A program made the position numbers and the translations under genes. This document shows positions 26,398 through 32,255 of a DNA stretch of 32,255 nucleotides, piece by piece. The notes under the pieces are model-generated. The model saw nothing but the letters and a program-made list of their open reading frames with translations, was not told the origin of the DNA and did no database searches. This stretch comes from Candidatus Sumerlaeia bacterium (GTDB taxonomy: Bacteria > Sumerlaeota > Sumerlaeia > SLMS01), in the NCBI GenBank assembly GCA_038208905.1, contig JBBQYG010000028.1, positions 1 through 32,255 of the forward strand, written 5' to 3'. Positions within the stretch are counted from its first letter, which is position 1, and each line of letters begins with the position of its first letter.

Positions 26398-28944
26398 TTG
26401 AAACGACTCAATCGCGTAATCCCCGCTCTTGCCATCGCCGCATCTTGCGGTGCTTCGGCATGGGGCGCCGAACTGGCCTATGATATCGTTATCTGCGGGG
26501 GCTCCTTTAGCGCCCCCGCCGCCGCCTTTGCCGCCGCGCGGACTAATCCCAGCGCCCAGGTGCTCCTGATCGAGCCCACCGACTGGCTCGGCGGGCAGGG
26601 CACGAGCCAGGGTGTCTCGGCGATCGACAACTCCTATCACGCGCCCGCCAACACGCTGATGGCCAACAACCAGTCAACATACTATCCGGCGGACTATCGG
26701 AACTGGCTGGACCGCATGAGGACCGCGCCGCAGGCCGCTCCGGGCGAGGGGTACGCGGGGTTCTCCGGCTGGGTGTCGCGGGATTGCTATGACCCGCGGA
26801 CGGGTGCGTGGGCGCTCGACGAGATATCGGCGACGTTTCCCAATCTCACGGTGATGAAGCTGACCGTGGTCAAGTCGGTGCAGACCGAGGCCGTGGCCGA
26901 CGAGCACGGCGCGGGGCTACGGATAACGGGGCTCACGCTGATCCAGCGCGCTCCCCAGGTTGGATATTCGCCCTTCGACGACTTCCTCTCCGAGGAACTT
27001 CCCGACTGGTACAGCGCCGCCGCTTCCGCGCGCTTCACAAAGCAAACCCACACGGTGACCGCGCGAGTCCCCGCGAGGGGAATGGTCGTGATCGAGGCCA
27101 GCGAACTCGGCGACGCGATGGTGCTCAGTGGCGCCGTCTATACACAGGGCCGCGAGGTCAGCACGGAGAAGGTGGCTGAAAACGGCGCCCTTCCCGCCTA
27201 TAACGACGCCCAGCCGATGGCGCTCGTGTATCCGTTTGCGATGGGCACCGGCGCCGCCGATGCCGAGGAGGGGCTGAAGACGCCGTGGGCGGATTTCGAG
27301 GCCTATCTGGCGGAGCGCACGGCCAACTACTTCAGTCTGGCCTCGTTTACATGGACCCAAGTGTGGACATACCGGCGACTGTTGCTCGGGGCCGGCGGAT
27401 CGAACTCCCAGAGCGTCATCAACGCCGGCGACGTATCCATGCAGAACTGGAATCCCGGCAACGACTATCGACAGGGGTCGTGGCTTCTTGGCAAGGCCGC
27501 GACCGATGCCCAGGCCGCCGACTGGTCTGGCGCGACCAACCTGGAATCGATCTCCCGCGCGGAGCAGCAGGCCGTGGCGTGGTACTTCTGGCTCAAGGGC
27601 CGGAAGCCCGCCGGATTCACCGCGCCGGATACCCGGCTCCTCCGGGGGAGCGACTCGCTCAACATGATGGGCACCAAGCACGGCCTCGCAAAGTTCCCGT
27701 ATATACGCTGCATGCGGCGCCTGGTGGGAATCGACAACTTCCGCATTTCCAGCCGGTACTTCGTGAATACCCAGGGCGTCGGCTACGCCGACGAGACGTC
27801 CTATCGCTACTTTGATTCCGTCGGCATCGGCAGCTATACCGCCGACGTCAGGCCGCTGCTCTCCAGCACCGGCGTTGTTCCACCGTTCAGCTTCTGCGCG
27901 CCCTTCTATATCCCGTACCGCGCGCTGGCTTCCCAGAACGTGCGCAACCTGCTGGCGAGCGGCAAGGCGATGGCGCAGACGTATATCACCAATTCCGCCT
28001 ACCGGCTGCACCCGATCGAATGGCAGAGCGGCAGCGCGGCGGGCACCGCGGCGGCGCTGATCTGGCGCGACGGCATCACGAATCGCGACATGCTGGAGAT
28101 TCCCGCGCTCCGCGAGCTGCAGGCTGAGGTGGCCACGAACGCGCCGATCCGGTGGGCCTATCGCGGCGAGCCCGTGATCCCGCCCCAAGACGGCGACTTG
28201 ATCGTGTTTGACCTGAATCCGCTGCCGCGAAACATCACCTTCGAAGTCGAAGCCTATCACCCCAACGCGGTGCGCGCGGAGATCCGCGTCAACGGCACGT
28301 TGATCGGAAGCACGACGACGCGCGCCAACGGGCGGCTCCTGTACATCGGCAGCGACGTCGTCAGCGCGGTATCGCCCGCGGTGTTCGAGGCGCGTTGCTT
28401 CGGCGCGGGGGACACGCTCGTCGCCACGCTGACCGCCAACGTGGTCATCACCGATCCCGTGACGCCGTGCGAGGTCGAGGTCGGCGTTACCGACAACGAC
28501 GACACCGACGGCTACTTCACGACCACTGGCTCATGGAGCTCCGGCACCGCCCAGCCCGATCGGTGGTGCCCCTCGCGGCCCGGTGCTTCCTACGCGCTGA
28601 CCAGCAGCAACGATGGCAATCGCATCGCACAATGGCGACCGAGGATTTCCGTGCCCGGTATCTATGAAGTCTCGATCTGGTATTCCGCCTCCTCGAACCG
28701 CGCGACCGATGCGCGGTTCACGGTTATCCACCGCGACGGCGCGGCCGCATCGCGGGTCAATCAGCGCCTCGCCGGTGGGCAGTGGCGCGTGCTGGGCAGC
28801 TATCCACTGACGGGCGACGTCGATGAGCGCGTAGAGCTTCGAAACAGCCACACAACCAACGGCGAGTTCATCATCGCGGATGCCGTGCGAGTGAGGCTCA
28901 TCGAGCCGTTCACAACCGAAGTCGGGGCGTGGGCCATCTTTTGA
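26398..28944 (+). CDS. Secreted FAD-dependent oxidoreductase-family protein with a C-terminal golvesin/xanthan-lyase-CBD-like domain and VxxWxxF tail
   Basis: Signal peptide ending SAWG-A. N-domain DIVICGGSFSAPAAAFAAAR..VLLIEPTDWLGGQ, PYIRCMRRL, PFYIPYRAL and YRLHPIEW. C-domain DNDD..FTTTGSW, GIYEVSIWY, VNQR..GGQWRVLG and IIADAVR. TTG start with GAGGAG RBS. Confidence 0.82.
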   Translation: MKRLNRVIPALAIAASCGASAWGAELAYDIVICGGSFSAPAAAFAAARTNPSAQVLLIEPTDWLGGQGTSQGVSAIDNSYHAPANTLMANNQSTYYPADYRNWLDRMRTAPQAAPGEGYAGFSGWVSRDCYDPRTGAWALDEISATFPNLTVMKLTVVKSVQTEAVADEHGAGLRITGLTLIQRAPQVGYSPFDDFLSEELPDWYSAAASARFTKQTHTVTARVPARGMVVIEASELGDAMVLSGAVYTQGREVSTEKVAENGALPAYNDAQPMALVYPFAMGTGAADAEEGLKTPWADFEAYLAERTANYFSLASFTWTQVWTYRRLLLGAGGSNSQSVINAGDVSMQNWNPGNDYRQGSWLLGKAATDAQAADWSGATNLESISRAEQQAVAWYFWLKGRKPAGFTAPDTRLLRGSDSLNMMGTKHGLAKFPYIRCMRRLVGIDNFRISSRYFVNTQGVGYADETSYRYFDSVGIGSYTADVRPLLSSTGVVPPFSFCAPFYIPYRALASQNVRNLLASGKAMAQTYITNSAYRLHPIEWQSGSAAGTAAALIWRDGITNRDMLEIPALRELQAEVATNAPIRWAYRGEPVIPPQDGDLIVFDLNPLPRNITFEVEAYHPNAVRAEIRVNGTLIGSTTTRANGRLLYIGSDVVSAVSPAVFEARCFGAGDTLVATLTANVVITDPVTPCEVEVGVTDNDDTDGYFTTTGSWSSGTAQPDRWCPSRPGASYALTSSNDGNRIAQWRPRISVPGIYEVSIWYSASSNRATDARFTVIHRDGAAASRVNQRLAGGQWRVLGSYPLTGDVDERVELRNSHTTNGEFIIADAVRVRLIEPFTTEVGAWAIF

Positions 28945-28956
28945 TCGGAGAGCAGC

Positions 28957-29565
28957 GTGCAGGCAGCCTACCGTGTCGAGGAACGCGAATCGCCGCCGTG
29001 GATCGTCGAGGTGCAGCCAGCCGACGGCTTCATCATGAACACGCGCTATACCACGGATTTCCGCATTCGCGGCGTGGTGTATGAGATGCTGAAGAAGGCG
29101 CGCGCGGCGCTCCCCGCTGGATATGCGATCGTCGTGTACGAGGCGTTCCGCCCCCGCGCCCGGCAGTGGGAGCTGTGGAATGGAATGGAAGCGAAAATGC
29201 GCGCAGCGTTTCCTTCGGAGAGCGACGAGCAGATCTACACACGCACCCGCGAGTTCGTCGCTGATCCACGTGGATTCGGAAGCGGCCATCAGGCCGGCGG
29301 CGCCATCGACGTGACGCTGTCCGACGCCGCCGGGCGAGAGCTGGACATGGGCACGGAAATGGACGAGGTGACGGAGAAGACCCACACCGATTCGCCCCAT
29401 CTCTCCGACGCGCAGCGTGCCAATCGGCGCATCCTCCTCGATGCAATGGCCGCAGGCGGGCTGGTCAACTATCCCTCGGAGTGGTGGCACTATTGCTATG
29501 GCGACCGCCTCTGGGCCGAAATGACAGACGCTCCCGTGGCATTCTTTGCCCCCCTCGCGGAGTAG
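28957..29565 (+). CDS. D-alanyl-D-alanine dipeptidase (VanX/DdpX, M15D metallopeptidase)
   Basis: Motifs YEAFRP..RQ, SGHQAGGAIDVTL, LDMGT and YPSEWWHY. Confidence 0.9.
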   Translation: MQAAYRVEERESPPWIVEVQPADGFIMNTRYTTDFRIRGVVYEMLKKARAALPAGYAIVVYEAFRPRARQWELWNGMEAKMRAAFPSESDEQIYTRTREFVADPRGFGSGHQAGGAIDVTLSDAAGRELDMGTEMDEVTEKTHTDSPHLSDAQRANRRILLDAMAAGGLVNYPSEWWHYCYGDRLWAEMTDAPVAFFAPLAE

Positions 29566-29633
29566 GCCCACGCAGGCCTTGACGCGCGGCCCCCTAGCGC
29601 ACGAGCCGACCCATCTTTTTTCGGAGCCCCCTC

Positions 29634-30890
29634 ATGTCACTCGCCGCCGACCGTCGCGTTTCCACCGTCGATGAAATCCGCGCCCATTTCCCCGCGCTGG
29701 AGCGGCGACACCGCGGATTTCCCGTGGCCTATTTCGACGGCCCCGGCGGCACCCAGGTCCCGCGCCGCGTGGTGGAGGCAATGGCCGACTACCTGTATTA
29801 TCACAATGCCAACACACACTGGGTCTATCCGACGAGCGCGGAGACCGACCTGTTGATCGCGGAGGCGCGTGCGGCGGTGGCGGATTTCCTGAATGCCGGA
29901 TCGCCGGAGGAGATCGTCTTCGGCGCCAACATGACAACGCTCACGTTTCACCTCGCGCGGGCCCTTGGCGCGGCGTGGGGTCCCGGCGACGAAGTGATCG
30001 TGACGGAGCTGGACCACCACGCCAACGTCGCGCCGTGGCAGCGCCTCGCGGCGGAGCGCGGCGTCACGGTCAAGGTGGTGCGGATGATTCCCGACACCGG
30101 CCAGTTGGACTACGCGCACCTTGAGGAGGTGCTGACTGGCAGGACGCGGCTCCTCGCCATCGGCGGAGCCTCCAACGCCATCGGCACGATCAACGATCTG
30201 CCGCGCGCCATTGAGCTGGCACATCGTGCGGGGGCGCTCGTGTTCGTGGACGCCGTTCACTACGCGCCCCACGATCTGGTGGATGTGCGGGCGTTGGATT
30301 GCGACTTCCTCGGGTGTTCCGCCTACAAATTCCACGGCCCCCACGTGGGGATCATCTATGCAAAACGCCATCTGCTCGCCTCCGCCGATTTTGCGAAGCT
30401 GATTCCGGCGCCTGACGCAGGCCCGGATCGCGCGGAGACCGGGACGCTGAATCACGAGGGGATCGTTGGCACCGCGGCCACGGTGGATTTTCTCGCGTCG
30501 CTTTGCGAGGGCGAGACGCGCCGCGCGCGGCTGGTTGCCGCCTACGCGGAACTGCATGTTCGCGGGATGGAGCTGGTGGCGCGGCTGTGGGGCGGGCTCT
30601 CCGCCATCGATGGCGTGCGTCTATACGGGCCTGAGCCCCACCTTCCGCGCACGCCGACGGTTTCGTTCGTTGTGGATGGCGTGACTTCCACGCGCGTGTG
30701 CGAGGTGCTTGCCGAGCAGGGACTCTTCCTCTCCAACGGCGACTTCTACGCCAAGACCGCCGTCGAGCGGCTCGGCCAGTCGCGCGACGGCATCGTCAGG
30801 GCGGGCTGCGCGTGCTATGCCACGGCGGACGAAGTGGATCGCCTGATTGCGGGGGTTCGGGAAATCGCAACGCGCCGCGCGGTAGAGTAG
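29634..30890 (+). CDS. Cysteine desulfurase-like PLP protein (class V aminotransferase, VC1184-like subfamily)
   Basis: Motifs YFDGPGGTQVP, FGANMTTL, LDHHANVAPW, DAVHYAPH, CSAYKFHGPHVG and ETGT. The catalytic RxGxHC loop is replaced by SNGDFYA. Confidence 0.9.
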   Translation: MSLAADRRVSTVDEIRAHFPALERRHRGFPVAYFDGPGGTQVPRRVVEAMADYLYYHNANTHWVYPTSAETDLLIAEARAAVADFLNAGSPEEIVFGANMTTLTFHLARALGAAWGPGDEVIVTELDHHANVAPWQRLAAERGVTVKVVRMIPDTGQLDYAHLEEVLTGRTRLLAIGGASNAIGTINDLPRAIELAHRAGALVFVDAVHYAPHDLVDVRALDCDFLGCSAYKFHGPHVGIIYAKRHLLASADFAKLIPAPDAGPDRAETGTLNHEGIVGTAATVDFLASLCEGETRRARLVAAYAELHVRGMELVARLWGGLSAIDGVRLYGPEPHLPRTPTVSFVVDGVTSTRVCEVLAEQGLFLSNGDFYAKTAVERLGQSRDGIVRAGCACYATADEVDRLIAGVREIATRRAVE

Positions 30891-30913
30891 TTCCCGCGCG
30901 GCGCGCTGCAGCA

Positions 30914-32255
30914 TTACGTCACATTGGGATCGGCGTGGATGAGATGCTCCTCGTCCGCCTCGTCGGTAAGTGTTTCATCCCGGCGATGCCACAGCCGATA
31001 CAGGGCCGGGAGCACAACCAGCGTCAGTAGCGTTGAGGAAACGATCCCGCCGACCACAACAGTCGCGAGGGGGCGTTGGACCTCCGCCCCGTTGCCGGTG
31101 GAGAGCGCCATCGGCACAAAGCCGAGGCTTGCCACCAGCGCCGTCATCAGGACGGGACGCAGCCGCGTCATGGCGCCGTCGCGGATTGCGTCCTCCAGCC
31201 CCATGCCTTGCTTGCGGAGGTGGTTGATGTAGCTGACCATCACCAGTCCGTTCAGCACCGCGACGCCCGACAGCGCGATGAAGCCCACGGCGGCGGAGAT
31301 CGAAAAGTCGATCCCGCGCAGCCACAGCGCGAACACGCCGCCGGTCAATCCCAATGGAACTCCGGTGAAAACCAGCGTCGCATACTTCACCGAATTGAAG
31401 GTGGAGAACAGTAGCAGGAAGATGACGAAGAAGCAGACCGGCACCACGATCAGCAGCCGCTCGCGGGCGCGCTGAAGATTCTCGAAGGTGCCACCGTATT
31501 CGAGCCAGCTTCCCGCGGGAATCGCGAGGTCGCTGGCGATGCGGGAACGGGCCTCGGAGACGTAGCCCCCCAGGTCTCGCCCGCGGACGTTGGCCTGGAT
31601 CACGATGCGGCGCTTGCCGTTCTCGCGGCTGATCTGATTCAGCCCCTCCTCGATGCGGATCGTGGCAATCGATCCGAGGGGGACATAGGATGCCGGCGGC
31701 ACCGCGTCGAGACCCGCGACCTGAAGATCGTCCTCCACGGGGATCGGAATCGGAAGCCCCTCGATGGCGGTGATGTCGCGGCGGACTTCCTCGGGAAGCC
31801 GCACGACGAGGCTGAATCGACGGTCGCCCTCGAAGACAAGGCCCGCCTCGCGTCCGCCAATGGCGATGGCGATGACCTCCTGGACGTCCTCCATCGTGAG
31901 GCCAAAACGCGCCGCCGCGCCGCGGTCGATGTCGATCGTCATCACGGGAAGCCCCTCGATCTGTTCCACCTTCACGTCCTCGCCGCCGGGGATTGCGCCC
32001 AGGACCCGCGCGATCTGGTTGGCGGCGGGGAGCAACACGTCGAAGTCGTCGCCGTAGAGCTTGATGGCGAGATCGCTTCTCACTCCGGCGATCAACTCGT
32101 TGAATCGCATCTGGATCGGCTGGAGGAATTCGTAGTTATTCCCCGGGAGCTTGGACACGGCCGCCTCCACGCGCTGGCGCACGTCCTCGATGGAGTCGCC
32201 GGGATTCGGCCACTCGCTCTTGGGCTTCATGATGATGAAGGTGTCGGAGACGCTG
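30914..32255 (-). CDS. CzcA/CusA family heavy-metal efflux RND permease (3' part; gene runs beyond the window edge)
   Basis: Motifs QPIQMRFNELIAGVRSD, ISRENGKRR, NVRGRDLG, VGFIALSGVAVLNG, RLRPVLMTALVASLGF and EVQRPLATVVVGG. The frame is open to the window end. Confidence 0.95.
   Translation of the reverse strand, partial: SVSDTFIIMKPKSEWPNPGDSIEDVRQRVEAAVSKLPGNNYEFLQPIQMRFNELIAGVRSDLAIKLYGDDFDVLLPAANQIARVLGAIPGGEDVKVEQIEGLPVMTIDIDRGAAARFGLTMEDVQEVIAIAIGGREAGLVFEGDRRFSLVVRLPEEVRRDITAIEGLPIPIPVEDDLQVAGLDAVPPASYVPLGSIATIRIEEGLNQISRENGKRRIVIQANVRGRDLGGYVSEARSRIASDLAIPAGSWLEYGGTFENLQRARERLLIVVPVCFFVIFLLLFSTFNSVKYATLVFTGVPLGLTGGVFALWLRGIDFSISAAVGFIALSGVAVLNGLVMVSYINHLRKQGMGLEDAIRDGAMTRLRPVLMTALVASLGFVPMALSTGNGAEVQRPLATVVVGGIVSSTLLTLVVLPALYRLWHRRDETLTDEADEEHLIHADPNVT

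Noticed and set aside
28957-29565. Vancomycin-resistance locus
   Set aside because: No vanH, vanA/B ligase or vanRS is nearby. Standalone DdpX-type dipeptidases are widespread.

Overview
High-GC bacterial chromosomal window with about 26 protein-coding genes and no tRNA/rRNA, CRISPR array or recognisable mobile element. From left to right it holds: an orphan NtrB-class sensor kinase; a four-gene glycosylation cluster (two GT4 enzymes, a PfkB kinase, an RmlC-like epimerase); a DUF1800 protein; an O2-dependent urate pathway (allB, fused uraD-uraH, uricase); a His-motif membrane protein, a SAM methyltransferase and a transglutaminase-like lipoprotein; a complete eight-gene mutA-mutB-meaB-mce-mmdA-mmdD-mmdC-mmdB operon (B12 methylmalonyl-CoA mutase plus Na+-pumping decarboxylase); arsR-arsM; a secreted FAD-oxidoreductase/golvesin-like protein; a D-Ala-D-Ala dipeptidase; a cysteine desulfurase-like protein; and the 3' end of a CzcA/CusA RND pump. 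The most unusual signals are these: (i) a VxxWxxF C-terminal tail on the secreted flavoprotein, a candidate sorting signal that I recall from Candidatus Sumerlaeota/BRC1-type genomes (unverified); (ii) an intrinsic terminator whose 3' arm is the RBS and start codon of the next gene; (iii) a palindromic ATGGAC array with 9-nt periodicity between convergent genes; (iv) a structured leader upstream of mutA; and (v) two sigma54-type promoters and a GntR/HutC-type operator. All calls come from motif recognition by eye, with no database searches.
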